Source: Gammaproteobacteria bacterium
GTDB taxonomy: Bacteria > Pseudomonadota > Gammaproteobacteria > Ga0077536
Reading direction: 5' to 3'
Assembly (NCBI GenBank): GCA_035325705.1
Contig: DAOKZI010000008.1
Location: 61,451-125,450, forward strand
Length of the DNA stretch: 64,000 bases
The position numbers and the translations under genes were made by a program. Under the pieces are notes generated by a model, which saw nothing but the letters and a program-made list of their open reading frames with translations, made no database searches and was not told the DNA's origin. Shown in pieces: positions 8,049 to 17,694 of this stretch (the first letter of the stretch is position 1; each line of letters begins with the position of its first letter).

Positions 8049-9646
8049 TCGCGATAGAAGAGCAGCAGGAAGCCGATCATCACGAGACTGCCCGTCCACA
8101 GCACGCCCGTGATGCGCGGCGCCGGCGGCGGCAGGCGCAGCTCCAGCCAGCGGCCGATGCCGGCGAGAATCGCGAACACGGCGATGCTCGCGTGCGAGAC
8201 CTCGATCAGAAACTCCTGCTTGGTGCCGAGCGCGGTGTGCGTGTGCGTCAGCATCACGGCGCCGCCGAGAAAGCACAGCAAGGGAAAGGTGTAGCGCCAG
8301 CGCGTGGCGGCCAGCGTGCCGACCTGCACGCGCCACTCCATCACGCCGATCACGAGCGGCAGCAAGGTCGCGAGTCGATGTTGCAGGACCGACGGGCTGC
8401 GCATCTGTTCGAAGAAGCCTTCTGGCCCGAGCGGCCAGCCGGTCGGCTGCGCCGTCAGCAGCAGGAACAGCGTGAACGGCAGGAACACCAGCGGCCAGTG
8501 GCGCGCCCAGTGCGCGAGCCGGAGCTTGTGCAGGATCGCGAGCACGCCGATCAGCAGCACGAAGGCGCCGGACATGTTGTGATTGAAATTGCTCTGGATG
8601 CGCTCGGTCGCCGTCGACGGGTTGAAGAAGTCGAGCGGCGAGGAGTAATCGGCCATCAGCGCGGCGTAGTCCGGCGGCCTGAGCTGCGGCATCTTCACCT
8701 TCAGCGTGTCGACGACTTCGGCGAAGCTCGCGCGCTCACTCGCGAGATCGGCGGCCGGCGGCGTCGCGGCGAGGCTCGCGCCGAGCAGCACGATCGCGAG
8801 CAGCGCGCAGGTCTCGGCTTCGATGTAGACCGGTACGCGCGTCATCGCGCCGCGCGCATCGCCGTGCCGGCGCCAGCGGTGGGTGTGCACGAAGTTCAGC
8901 CCGGCGAGCGACAGCGCCATCGCGAGCAGCAGCCATTTCGCGATCACCATGATGCCGTAATTGGTGCCGATGACCGAGGCCCAGTCGCCGACGTAGTGAG
9001 CCGCGATGTAGAGCCCGGCGCCGACCAGCGTCAGCACGCAGGCGAGGCCGATGGGCGAGAAGCGTGCGAGCAGGCGCGGCCACAGCGTCGAATCCGCCGC
9101 GCGTCGCGCGTCCGTGCACAGCAGGAGACCGATCGCGCCGCCCAGCCACACGACGGCCGCGAGCTGGTGGAGGATGGTGCTCACCATCAGCGGCACGACG
9201 TGCTCGAGCCGGCTGACCGCATGGACGGCCCAGGCGCCGCTGACGATCGTCGCGAGCATCGAGCTCAGGGTCAGCCGCCAGCGCGTCGCACTCGCCGGAC
9301 GGCCGCGCAGCCAGGCGAGCAGGCCGGCGTAGCCGATCAGCAGCACGAGCCGGACCAGGCTCGCGTGCGCGAAGCTCGTATCGAGATAATCCCCGAACGG
9401 CCAATGGCCGTCGTCTCCGGCGAGCGCCCACGGCCCGACGAGCAGCACGCCGGCAAAGGCAGCGATCGCAAGCACGGCCGCCCACTGCGCCACGCGCAGC
9501 ACGCGCAGCTCATAGGGTGTCGCCGTCGCGGCGACGGCGGGCCGCAGCACGCCGAGCACGAAGACGATGCAGCCCATGCTCGCCGCGAGCCCGACGAGCG
9601 CCAGCGCGTGCAGCAGTACGTTCAGATAGCTGGCGAGCTGGACCAT
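8045..9646 (-). CDS. copD: copper resistance protein CopD family, long form with extra C-terminal membrane module
   Basis: 533 aa polytopic membrane protein directly downstream of copC. The N-terminal roughly 290 aa are CopD-like. The C-terminal roughly 240 aa add His-rich TM segments (MLTHTHTA, EVSHAS). Confidence 0.85.
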   Translation of the reverse strand: MVQLASYLNVLLHALALVGLAASMGCIVFVLGVLRPAVAATATPYELRVLRVAQWAAVLAIAAFAGVLLVGPWALAGDDGHWPFGDYLDTSFAHASLVRLVLLIGYAGLLAWLRGRPASATRWRLTLSSMLATIVSGAWAVHAVSRLEHVVPLMVSTILHQLAAVVWLGGAIGLLLCTDARRAADSTLWPRLLARFSPIGLACVLTLVGAGLYIAAHYVGDWASVIGTNYGIMVIAKWLLLAMALSLAGLNFVHTHRWRRHGDARGAMTRVPVYIEAETCALLAIVLLGASLAATPPAADLASERASFAEVVDTLKVKMPQLRPPDYAALMADYSSPLDFFNPSTATERIQSNFNHNMSGAFVLLIGVLAILHKLRLAHWARHWPLVFLPFTLFLLLTAQPTGWPLGPEGFFEQMRSPSVLQHRLATLLPLVIGVMEWRVQVGTLAATRWRYTFPLLCFLGGAVMLTHTHTALGTKQEFLIEVSHASIAVFAILAGIGRWLELRLPPPAPRITGVLWTGSLVMIGFLLLFYRE

Positions 9647-9695
9647 GACTCGGGCAAGGGGGCGGTATGCGGCAGGAGGATGATCGCCGACGCGC

Positions 9696-10070
9696 TCAGG
9701 GCAAGCCCTTCAGCGTGAAACGCAGCACCCCCTGCGTGGCATGTCCGTCCGTCGCGAGCACCTTGTAATGCAGCGTGTAAGCGCCTTCGGGCAGATCGGC
9801 CGGCAGCGCCGCGCGTACGCGTGAGGGCTCGGGCGCGACGTCGGTCAGCGTCTGGGTCGCACCGTCGGCGCGATCGAGCTTCACGTGCACGAGCTTCTTC
9901 TCGAGCTTGGCGTTGAAACGCAGCTCGATCTCCGGCGGCACGCGCGTCAGGACGGCGCGATCGGACGGTGTCGACGCGACGACGATCGCATGCGCCGAGG
10001 CGAGCCGCGGAAACGGCAGCGCGAGGAGGGCGTAGACCAGGGCCGCGTAGCGGAAACTTCGACGTATCAT
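9696..10070 (-). CDS. copC: copper resistance protein CopC
   Basis: 124 aa. The signal peptide ends ..LASA, followed by the mature N-terminus HAIVVASTP (N-terminal His typical of CopC/YobA). HYKVLATDGH is also present. Confidence 0.9.
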   Translation of the reverse strand: MIRRSFRYAALVYALLALPFPRLASAHAIVVASTPSDRAVLTRVPPEIELRFNAKLEKKLVHVKLDRADGATQTLTDVAPEPSRVRAALPADLPEGAYTLHYKVLATDGHATQGVLRFTLKGLP

Positions 10071-10172
10071 CGGCGAATCTTAGCGGATCTCGACGCCGCG
10101 GCGGCGACTTCACGGGCAAGGATGTCGCGCGGCGTCCCGTTGCAGCAGAATGACGTCAACGGAGGTGAGCCG

Positions 10173-10568
10173 ATGAGCGTTCGCATCGTACGTTTGGGAA
10201 GTCCGCGCCGTCGCGGCGAAGGACTGCGTCTCGGCACCGTGCGCCATCCGCCGCGCGGCGTGCCGAAAGCCGAGTTCGCCCGCCGCAATTTCTATGATCT
10301 CTGGCTGCCGACCCTCGCCCCGAGCCAGGACCTGCTGCGCACCAGCGGCGGAGGCGGCGACGTCTCGCAGGTCTGGCCGGCCTTTGCGCGCGGCTATCGC
10401 GCCGAGATGAAAGCCCCGGACGCCGCGCATCTCCTCGATCTGCTCGCCGCCCTCTCGCACACCACCAATTTCTCGGTCGGCTGCTACTGCGAGGACGAGA
10501 CTTACTGCCACCGCTCGCTGCTGCGCGAGCTGCTGGCCAAACGCGGCGCGCGCATCGCCGCCACGTAG
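10173..10568 (+). CDS. DUF488 family protein
   Basis: The ATG lies 6 nt after GGAGGTGAG. WLPTLAPS and the CYCEDETYCHRSLL motif are typical of DUF488. The upstream part of ORF 9885..10568 is shadow of copC. Confidence 0.85.
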   Translation: MSVRIVRLGSPRRRGEGLRLGTVRHPPRGVPKAEFARRNFYDLWLPTLAPSQDLLRTSGGGGDVSQVWPAFARGYRAEMKAPDAAHLLDLLAALSHTTNFSVGCYCEDETYCHRSLLRELLAKRGARIAAT

Positions 10569-10582
10569 CCGCCGTAACCGAC

Positions 10583-10674
10583 GTAGCCCGGGTGGAGCGC
10601 GCAGCGCGCAAGCCGGGATCTTTCGGCACATCGATAGGCCGATCCCGGGTTCCGCTACGCTGCACCCGGGCTAC
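10583..10674. repeat. REP-A inverted pair (92-bp MITE-like unit)
   Basis: A forward unit (10583-10620), the spacer TTTCGGCACATCGATAGGCC and an inverted unit (10641-10674). It is a near copy of 57-148. A further degenerate unit lies at about 10721-10752. Confidence 0.85.
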
Positions 10675-10752
10675 GAAGTGCGCTAGGTAATTCGGAGATT
10701 CGACGGCGCGCGATTGCAAAGGCCGCGGGTTTCGTTACGCTGCACCCGGACC

Positions 10753-11217
10753 ATGCCCCGATCGTTTTCTTTTCATCAGGATCTGCCCGTGGCGCACGTA
10801 TTCTCGATAGCCGAGCGCGAAGCCTTTCTCGCCGAGGTGCGCGTCGCCGTCGTCGCGATCGCGGCTCGAGATCGCGGACCGCTCGCGGTGCCGGTCTGGT
10901 ACGCCTATGCGCCGGGCGGGGAGATCGGCCTGTGGATGGACGGCGCGTCGGCGAAAGTGCGGGAGCTGCGGCGCGAGGGGCGGCTGACGCTCTGCGTGCA
11001 GGACGCGACGCGGCCTTATCGCTATGTCAGCGTCGAAGGGCCGGTGACGGGCATCGCGCCGATCGACGTCGAGCGCGAACTGCGGCCGCTGATCGCGCGC
11101 TACCTCGGCGCCGACGCGGTCGAGGCTTATCTCGCCGGCTTCGGCGGCGCGGACGGCGTGCGCGGCGACGTATGGGTACGCGTCGCGCCCGCGCACTGGC
11201 GCGCGGAACAACTGTGA
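10753..11217 (+). CDS. pyridoxamine 5'-phosphate oxidase family (PPOX-class) protein
   Basis: I chose the ATG at 10753 because the track start 10714 falls inside a REP. The pattern VAVVAI..GPLAVPVWYAY..G...W resembles split-barrel flavin/F420 binders. Confidence 0.7.
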   Translation: MPRSFSFHQDLPVAHVFSIAEREAFLAEVRVAVVAIAARDRGPLAVPVWYAYAPGGEIGLWMDGASAKVRELRREGRLTLCVQDATRPYRYVSVEGPVTGIAPIDVERELRPLIARYLGADAVEAYLAGFGGADGVRGDVWVRVAPAHWRAEQL

Positions 11218-11251
11218 GGGCGCGCGCGGCGCGCATCGATCGCTCGCGTCC

Positions 11252-12469
11252 ATGAGCGTCGCGCCCGCGCACTGGCGCATGCTGCTGCTCGCGATGAGCG
11301 CGCAGGTCGCCGTGTCGATCATCATCCAGGGCGTGCCGACGCTCGCCCCTTTCCTGCAGGCGGATCTCGGTCTCACGCGCGGGCAGGTCGGCCTGTTCAA
11401 TTCGGCGCTGATGTGCGGCTCGCTGCTCGCGATGTTCGCCGCCGGCTGGGTCGTCGACGTGAAGGGCGAGCGCGTCGCGCTCGTCGGCGGCAATCTCGTC
11501 GTCGGCTGCTTCTGCTTCGCGATGCTGACGACCGATGGCTTTGTCACGGCGCTCGCCGTGATGTTCGGCGCCGGCATCGGCGGCGCCTTCCCGACCCCGG
11601 CCGGCAGCAAGGCCGTGATGGGCTGGTTTCCGCTGCACCAGCGCGGCACGGCGATGGGCATCCGCCAGACCGGCATTCCGGTCGGCGGTGCGCTCGCGGC
11701 GGCGCTGCTGCCCGCGATCGCGCTCGCGGCCGGCTGGCGCACGGCGGTGGCCGCGGGCGGCATCGGCTGCTTCGTGACCGCTGCGCTGTGCGCCTGGGCC
11801 TATCGCAATCCGCCGGAGGCGCCGATGCCCGCGAAGCCCGCGCGCGGCGTCACGCGGCTGCGCGATCGCTTCACGCGCGACCTGCTGCTCATCGGTCTCG
11901 CGGGCGCGCTGCTGACGCTCGGCCAGTTCACGCTGATCACCTATCTCGCGCTGTACCTCAAGGAAACGCAAGGCATCGCCGTGGCGGTGTCCGCGGGCCT
12001 GCTCGTGCTCGCGCAGATCGCGGGCGCCGCCGGTCGCATCCTGTGGGGCGTCGGCAGCGATCGGCTGTTCCAGCATCGGCGCAAGCCGGCGCTGCTGCTG
12101 TCGAATGTGTTGGCGGCATTGGGCGCGTTGGCGCTGGGCTGGCTGCCGCTGCCGACGCCGCACTGGCTGCTGTACGTGCTCGTCGCGGCCTATGCGTTCA
12201 ACACGCTCGGCTGGCACGGCTGCTGGATATCGCTGCTGGTCGAAACCGCGGGCAGCGCGCAGCAAGGGCGCACGGTCGGTCTCGGCATGACGATCATGTA
12301 TCCGGGCATCATTCTGCTGCCGCCGCTGTTCGGCTGGTTCGTCGACACCACCCATTCCTGGCCCTGGGCCTGGACCCTGCTGTCCGCGCTGCTCTTGCTC
12401 GGCACCGCGCTGCTCGTGCCGGTGCGGGAGCAGAGGGAGCGCGCCGCCCCGTCCTCTTCGCCCGCGTAG
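11252..12469 (+). CDS. MFS transporter
   Basis: 405 aa with about 12 hydrophobic helices and a GWVVDVKGER-type loop motif. The TAG stop is the GTAG head of a REP. Confidence 0.9.
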   Translation: MSVAPAHWRMLLLAMSAQVAVSIIIQGVPTLAPFLQADLGLTRGQVGLFNSALMCGSLLAMFAAGWVVDVKGERVALVGGNLVVGCFCFAMLTTDGFVTALAVMFGAGIGGAFPTPAGSKAVMGWFPLHQRGTAMGIRQTGIPVGGALAAALLPAIALAAGWRTAVAAGGIGCFVTAALCAWAYRNPPEAPMPAKPARGVTRLRDRFTRDLLLIGLAGALLTLGQFTLITYLALYLKETQGIAVAVSAGLLVLAQIAGAAGRILWGVGSDRLFQHRRKPALLLSNVLAALGALALGWLPLPTPHWLLYVLVAAYAFNTLGWHGCWISLLVETAGSAQQGRTVGLGMTIMYPGIILLPPLFGWFVDTTHSWPWAWTLLSALLLLGTALLVPVREQRERAAPSSSPA

Positions 12470-12555
12470 CCCGGGTGCAGCGCGCAGCGCGGCACCCGGG
12501 ATCGGGGCTCAATCGCGGGAAGATCCCGGGTTTCGCTACGCTGCACCCGGGCTAC
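12466..12555. repeat. REP-A inverted pair
   Basis: A forward unit (12466-12503) and an inverted unit (12522-12555) with an 18-nt spacer. Confidence 0.85.
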
Positions 12556-12580
12556 GAAATGCCTGCAATCGGTATGCTCG

Positions 12581-13663
12581 TCAGCGCAACGACGGCATCA
12601 CCATGTCCGCGAAGTCACGATAGACCTTGCGCTGGTGATCGGCCGGCGGCAGCAGGGTCACCTCGTCGATGCCGGCGGCCGCGAGTGCCTCGATGCGCGC
12701 GCGGATCTCGGACGGCGAGCCGACGATGCAGCTCGCGCGGATCGCGTCCGGCGTGACGAAGCAGCGTTCCTCGGGCTGGAGAAAAGTGCAGTGGCCGTCG
12801 TGGATCTGCCGGAAGCGCGCATTCTCCGGCAGGCTGTAATGCGCGACGCGCTCGCAATAGCGCTCCCAGACATCGGCGAAGTACGGCGGGATCAGCTCGT
12901 CCTTCTCGCCGTGCTGCTTCCACACTTCCCACGCGAAGTGCAGCACGCAGGTGACCATCGAGCCCGTCTCGTCGATCACGCGATCGTCGGTCAGCTTGTC
13001 GCCGGCGCGCAGCACGCAGGCCGAGGTCACGCAGGCGCTGTAGAAATCGGCGGGCAGCGTGCGTCCCGCCTTCTCGGCGCCCTGGCGCACCAGCGCCAGC
13101 GCATCGCGCACCATGTCCGGATCCGTGGTGATCGTCATCCAGCCGTCGCCGTATTCACCCGTCGTCTTCAGGGCGAGCGGGCCGTTGGCCGCGACGTAGA
13201 TCGGGATGCGATGCTCGAGATCGATGTAGTGTCGATCGCGATGCAGGAAGGCGATGTTGCGCGTGTGGCCGGCGTAGGTGTAATCGACGGCGCGTCCGGC
13301 GAGCAGCTCGCGCACGACGCGCAAGTATTCGCGGAACTCCCGCAGCGGCATCGGGTCCTGACCCATCACGCGCATCGCGGTGTGGCCGGTGCCGAGGCCG
13401 AGGAACACGCGGCCCGGCGCGAGCCGGCTGATGCTCGCAATCGAATGCACGGTGACCGGCGCGATGCGCGTGCCCGCGATCGATACGCCCGTGCCGATGC
13501 GGATGCGCTGCGTATTGACGGCGGCGAGGGCGAGCGTCGCGTAGCAGTCGGACCACAGCATCTGCGAGTCCGGCACCCAGGCCGCGTCGTAGCCGAGCTC
13601 CTCCGCGTAACGAATCAGATCCCACTTGTCGACGTGCGTATCGAACATGATGCCGAATTTCAT
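12581..13663 (-). CDS. LLM-class flavin-dependent oxidoreductase
   Basis: 360 aa with a luciferase-like pattern (MKFGIMFD..GYDAAWVPDS..LGLGTGH). Confidence 0.9.
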   Translation of the reverse strand: MKFGIMFDTHVDKWDLIRYAEELGYDAAWVPDSQMLWSDCYATLALAAVNTQRIRIGTGVSIAGTRIAPVTVHSIASISRLAPGRVFLGLGTGHTAMRVMGQDPMPLREFREYLRVVRELLAGRAVDYTYAGHTRNIAFLHRDRHYIDLEHRIPIYVAANGPLALKTTGEYGDGWMTITTDPDMVRDALALVRQGAEKAGRTLPADFYSACVTSACVLRAGDKLTDDRVIDETGSMVTCVLHFAWEVWKQHGEKDELIPPYFADVWERYCERVAHYSLPENARFRQIHDGHCTFLQPEERCFVTPDAIRASCIVGSPSEIRARIEALAAAGIDEVTLLPPADHQRKVYRDFADMVMPSLR

Positions 13664-13725
13664 GGCTGCTGCCCTCGTGGTGATGGGTGACGACGAAGCG
13701 CCGCTGGCGCGCCTCGATGATGCAC

Positions 13726-13930
13726 GTTACCACGGAGAACACGGAGAACAGGGAGGGCGGAAAGAGATTGTTCGGAGCTCTCGCAGTCGTAGCCCGGACG
13801 AGCGCAGCGAAGCCGGGATCGAGCCGTAGGTTGGGCTGACGAAGGAAGCCCAACATCGGGCGCTGAACGTTGGGCTTCCTTCGTCAGCCCAACCTACGTT
13901 TTCGATTTTCTTCTCCGTGTTTTCCGTGGC
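13726..13930. repeat. nested REP mosaic (E arm, B, D, D-inverted, E arm)
   Basis: The E left arm is at 13726-13757. REP-B is at 13789-13820. A D hairpin lies at 13826-13854 and its exact reverse complement at 13869-13897. The E right arm is at about 13907-13930. Confidence 0.8.
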
Positions 13931-13958
13931 AGCGCGCAGCGCAAAAAAACCGTCGCAC

Positions 13959-14708
13959 TCACGCCGCGTCATGGAAGATGATGCCGAGCGTGTGGCGCCG
14001 ACCGCGCGTGAGCCGGCTCACGCCGTGGCGCATGTTGACGCGATAGCTGCCGCGGCTGCCCTCCACGGGGCGCTGATGCACGGCGAAGATCGCGGCGTCG
14101 CCGCGCGCGAGCGGCACGACCTCGACGCGCGTCTGCATGCGCGGCCGCTGCTCGGTCAGCACGAATTCGCCGCCGTCGAAGTCCTCGCCCGGCTGCGAGA
14201 GCAGGATCGCGAGCTGCAGCGGAAAGACGTGCTCGCCGTAGAGATCCTGATGCAGGCAGTTGTAGTCGCCGGCCTCGTACTGCAGCAGCAACGGCGTCGG
14301 ACGGCCTTGGCCCGCGGCGTGGCAGCGGGCCAGGAACTCTGCATGCGTGGCCGGGAAGCGCGTCTCCGTCTTCATCGCCGCCTGCCAGCGGTTCGCGATG
14401 CGGGCGAGCGGCGGGTAGAGGCTTGTCCGCAGCTCGGCGATCAGCGGCGGCAGCGGATAGGCGAAATAGCGGTACTCGCCGCGCCCATAGCCGTGCCGCG
14501 CCATCACGACGCGGCTGCGGAACAGGGCGGGATCGGCATACAGTGCCGCGTGCGCGCGGCATTCCGCGGCGGACAGCAGGCCGGGCACGACGGCGCAGCC
14601 CCGCGCATCGAGATCCGCCGCGATGCGCGCCCAGGCTTCGTCGTCGACGCGGTCGCCGCTTGCGGCGGCCGCGCATTCCTCGGCTGGCGCGAACAGGTCT
14701 GCCGTCAT
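13959..14708 (-). CDS. 2OG-Fe(II) oxygenase family protein
   Basis: The internal ATG at 14706-14708 (MTADLFAP) overlaps the ada stop as ATGA. It carries the HxD (CLHQD) ... H (NMRHG) ... R facial triad pattern. Length is 249 aa. Confidence 0.85.
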   Translation of the reverse strand: MTADLFAPAEECAAAASGDRVDDEAWARIAADLDARGCAVVPGLLSAAECRAHAALYADPALFRSRVVMARHGYGRGEYRYFAYPLPPLIAELRTSLYPPLARIANRWQAAMKTETRFPATHAEFLARCHAAGQGRPTPLLLQYEAGDYNCLHQDLYGEHVFPLQLAILLSQPGEDFDGGEFVLTEQRPRMQTRVEVVPLARGDAAIFAVHQRPVEGSRGSYRVNMRHGVSRLTRGRRHTLGIIFHDAA

Positions 14709-16171
14709 CGCAGGCCCTCGCGTTCGAGCAGGGCGCGCTTGCGCTGTACGCCCCAGCGATAGCCGGACAGGGCGCCGTCGCTGCGCACCACGCGATGACA
14801 GGGGATCGCGACGGCGAGCGCGTTCGCGGCGCAGGCCTGGGCGACGGCGCGCACCGCCTTCGGCCGTCCGATGCGCGCCGCGATGTCGGCGTAGCTCGCG
14901 GTCGTGCCGGCCGGGATCGCGCGCAGCGCCTGCCACACGCGCTGCTGGAAGGCCGTGCCGCGGATGTCGAGCGGCAGATCGAGCCCGACGCCCGGCGCTT
15001 CGACGAAGCCGACGACGAGCGCGACGGTGCGCGCAAAGTCTTCGTCGTCGCCGCGCAGCGTCGCGTGCGGAAAGCGGTCCTGCAGCTCGCGCGCGAGCGC
15101 GTCGGCATCGTCGCCGAGCAGGATCGCGCACAGGCCGCGCGCGGTGGCCGCGACGAGGATCGCGCCCAGCGAGCACTCGCCGATGGCGAAGCGAATCTCT
15201 TCCCGGCTGCCGCCGGCGCGGTAGACGCTCGGCGTCATGCCGAGGATCGCCGGCGCATCGTGATAGAAGCGCGCATTGGAGTTGTAGCCCGCGGCGTAGA
15301 TCGCGGCGGTCACCGGCGCGCCGGCGCAGAGCGCCTCGCGCACGCGGCGGCTGCGCCAGGCCGCGGCATAGGCCTTCGGCGTCACGCCCGTCACCGCCTT
15401 GAACTGGCGATGGAAGTGGAAGCGCGAGAGCCCGGCGAGCGCCGCGAGCGTCGCCAGATCGGGCAGCTCCTCGGCCGCCTCGATCGCCCGGCACGCGGCG
15501 ACGATGCCGGGATGCGCGGCGTCCGCGCTGAGCGCGTCCGGCTTGCAGCGCTTGCAGGCGCGATAGCCCGCGGCGCGCGCCGCGGCCGGATCGGCATGGA
15601 AGCTGACGTTCTCCGGCCGCGCCGGCCGCGACGGGCAGGACGGCTTGCAGTAGACCCCGGTGCTGCGCACGGCGTAGACGAAGCGGCCGTCCGCCGCCCG
15701 ATCGCGGGTGCGCACGGCTTGCCAGCAGGCTTCGGTATCCAGATCGGCGGCGGGGGCGGGCGAGTGGCGAGTGCTTGCAAGCATGGTCGGACCTCGGTCG
15801 AGAGTGGATGTCGCGGATACTGTGCGCCGCCGACGCGCGGCCGGCACTCCGCGGTTTGCGGCGGAATCGATCGCCGCGGCCGCGCCGCCGAGACCCAGCG
15901 CGCGCCGGAGCGCCGGCGCATCGGGACGGCGCGCGAGCAGCGCTTCCTTGGCTTGCTTGGACAGCCGCTTCAGCGCGTGCTCCGCGCGCAGCGCTTCGCC
16001 GCGCGTGCCGAGCGCAATCGCATGCACCAGCGTCAGCGGGCCGCGCGCGCGCAGCGCCTTCGCGCCGCGTCCCGTCGCGTGCTCCGCGCAGCGCCGGGCG
16101 ACGTCGGTCGTGATGCCGGTGTAGAGCGCACCCTGCCGCGTGCGCAGCACATAGAGATGCCAGCCGTCCAC
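14705..16171 (-). CDS. ada: GIY-YIG (YhbQ/UPF0213-like) domain fused in frame to bifunctional Ada (N-Ada Zn domain, AraC HTH, O6-methylguanine-DNA methyltransferase)
   Basis: This is a single open frame. The GIY-YIG block reads [22 protein letters not shown]. The N-Ada block is [29 protein letters not shown] and the MGMT site is IPCHRVV. Candidate starts are GTG 16171, TTG 16189 (track) and the internal ATG 15784, which would give a 359-aa stand-alone Ada. Confidence 0.8.
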   Translation of the reverse strand: MDGWHLYVLRTRQGALYTGITTDVARRCAEHATGRGAKALRARGPLTLVHAIALGTRGEALRAEHALKRLSKQAKEALLARRPDAPALRRALGLGGAAAAIDSAANRGVPAARRRRTVSATSTLDRGPTMLASTRHSPAPAADLDTEACWQAVRTRDRAADGRFVYAVRSTGVYCKPSCPSRPARPENVSFHADPAAARAAGYRACKRCKPDALSADAAHPGIVAACRAIEAAEELPDLATLAALAGLSRFHFHRQFKAVTGVTPKAYAAAWRSRRVREALCAGAPVTAAIYAAGYNSNARFYHDAPAILGMTPSVYRAGGSREEIRFAIGECSLGAILVAATARGLCAILLGDDADALARELQDRFPHATLRGDDEDFARTVALVVGFVEAPGVGLDLPLDIRGTAFQQRVWQALRAIPAGTTASYADIAARIGRPKAVRAVAQACAANALAVAIPCHRVVRSDGALSGYRWGVQRKRALLEREGLR

Positions 16172-16209
16172 GCGCGCATTGTGCCGCAAGCGTCCCGGCC
16201 GCGGGCGCT

Positions 16210-17139
16210 ATGATCGAGCCCGCGATGTCGACGCCCTTCCTGCATCACTACGCGCTGTCGCCGTTCTCGGAGAAGATCCGTCTCGTCTTCGGTTTGAAAG
16301 ACCTCGCGTGGGGCTCGGTGCAGATCCCGGATCGGCTGCCGAAACCCGACTATCTCGCGCTGACCGGCGGCTATCGCCGGACGCCGAGCCTGCAGATCGG
16401 CGCAGACGTCTACTGCGACACGGCGCTGATCGCGGAGGAGCTGGAGCAGCGCTGGCCGACGCCGACGCTGTGGCCGGACGCCGCGGCCGGGCTGCATCGG
16501 ATCGTCGAACGCTGGGCGGAGACGGCGCTCTTCTGGCCCTGCGCGCTCTACGTCACGGGCGTGAACGCCGAGGCCTTGCCGGCGGCCTTTCACGCCGATC
16601 GCGCCGCGATGCGCGGCCGCCCGCCGCCGACGCCGGCCAGTCTGCGCGCGGCCGGCGAGCGCGCCCGCGAGCGGATCGCGTCGCAGTTGCTGTGCGTCGA
16701 GCAGCTACTCGACGGCGGCCGCGATTTCCTGCTCGGCGAGGCGCCGGGTCTCGCCGATCTCGCGGTCTATCACGCGCTGTGGTTCCTCGAGCAGCTACCG
16801 CGCCGCCTGCTCGCGAGCCTGGCGCCGTCGGCCGCGCTGATGCGGTGGTTCGCGCGCGTCGCGGCACTGGGCCACGGCGCGCGGACGGAGCTCGACGCCG
16901 CCGCGGCGCTTGCGATCGCGCGGGATTCCTCGCCGCTGCCCGCCGCCTGCGAGGGCGCCGTCCCGTGGCCGTACGGGCGGCGCGTGGCCGTCGCACCGGC
17001 GGAAGAGACCTCGGCCGCGGTCCTCGGCGAGCTCGTCGGCTGGAGCCCGACGCGGCTGGTCCTCGCCCGCGAAGACCCGCGCACCGGCCGCGTGCACGTG
17101 CATTTCCCGCGGGCGGGCTATCGCGTCGATCCGGCGTGA
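16210..17139 (+). CDS. glutathione S-transferase family protein
   Basis: It has a GST N-terminal thioredoxin-like pattern (ALSPFSEKIRLVF..TPSLQIG). An alternative ATG lies at 16225. Confidence 0.8.
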   Translation: MIEPAMSTPFLHHYALSPFSEKIRLVFGLKDLAWGSVQIPDRLPKPDYLALTGGYRRTPSLQIGADVYCDTALIAEELEQRWPTPTLWPDAAAGLHRIVERWAETALFWPCALYVTGVNAEALPAAFHADRAAMRGRPPPTPASLRAAGERARERIASQLLCVEQLLDGGRDFLLGEAPGLADLAVYHALWFLEQLPRRLLASLAPSAALMRWFARVAALGHGARTELDAAAALAIARDSSPLPAACEGAVPWPYGRRVAVAPAEETSAAVLGELVGWSPTRLVLAREDPRTGRVHVHFPRAGYRVDPA

Positions 17140-17161
17140 AGACGCGCGTCGCGGCGAGCCC

Positions 17162-17527
17162 TCAAGGCTTCCCTTTCAATAGATCCGCGAGCCCCGCGAA
17201 GGCCTTGCCCGTGGCGCGGCCGCCGCCGGCGCCGCCGCCGGGCGCCGAGCCCGCGCCGCGCGCCGCGTCGACCAGGCGCTGGTGCTCGTTGTCGTGGCAG
17301 TACAGGCACAGCAGCTCCCAGTTGCTGCCGTCCTCCGGGTTGTAGTCGTGATCGTGGTTGCGATGGTGCACCGTCAGCTCGCGCAGGTTGGCGCGCGTGA
17401 ACTCGCGCCCGCAGCGGCCGCAGACCCAGGGATAGAGCTTCAGTGCCTTCTCGCGATAGTCCTGCTCGCGCAGCTCGCGCTGCCGCCGCGCGGCGGCCAC
17501 CACCTTGTCGAGCTTGTTCGTATCCAT
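17162..17527 (-). CDS. yajD: YajD-family HNH endonuclease
   Basis: The ATG at 17525-17527 follows GAGGAGG. It matches C..C..E..LTVHHRNHDH..N...NWELLCLYCHDNEH. Length is 121 aa. Confidence 0.85.
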   Translation of the reverse strand: MDTNKLDKVVAAARRQRELREQDYREKALKLYPWVCGRCGREFTRANLRELTVHHRNHDHDYNPEDGSNWELLCLYCHDNEHQRLVDAARGAGSAPGGGAGGGRATGKAFAGLADLLKGKP

Positions 17528-17694
17528 CGTGCTGCCTCCTCGCGTGCAGTATAGAAGGGGTGTCCGCTTTCCCGGCATCCTCGGGCGCCGGGACGAGCCC
17601 GGTGCGTGACGACAGCCGACCGGCGCGCCGACGATTCGACAAGCGCCGCGCCGCGGCGTTACAGTCCAGGCAAAACCACGGGGGAGGAAGGGTC

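Noticed and set aside
6156-9718. Long plus-strand ORFs 6156..8057 (633 aa) and 7916..9718 (600 aa)
   Set aside because: They lie antisense to the hot-dog, lipoprotein and copD genes. Their composition is dominated by Arg/Ala/Gly/Glu/Asp repeats typical of GC-rich shadow frames.
16172-16189. TTG start at 16189 for the GIY-YIG-Ada ORF
   Set aside because: It leaves only 20 nt to the divergent GST gene and adds six residues not matching YhbQ-like N-termini. GTG 16171 fits better, but this is unresolved without data.
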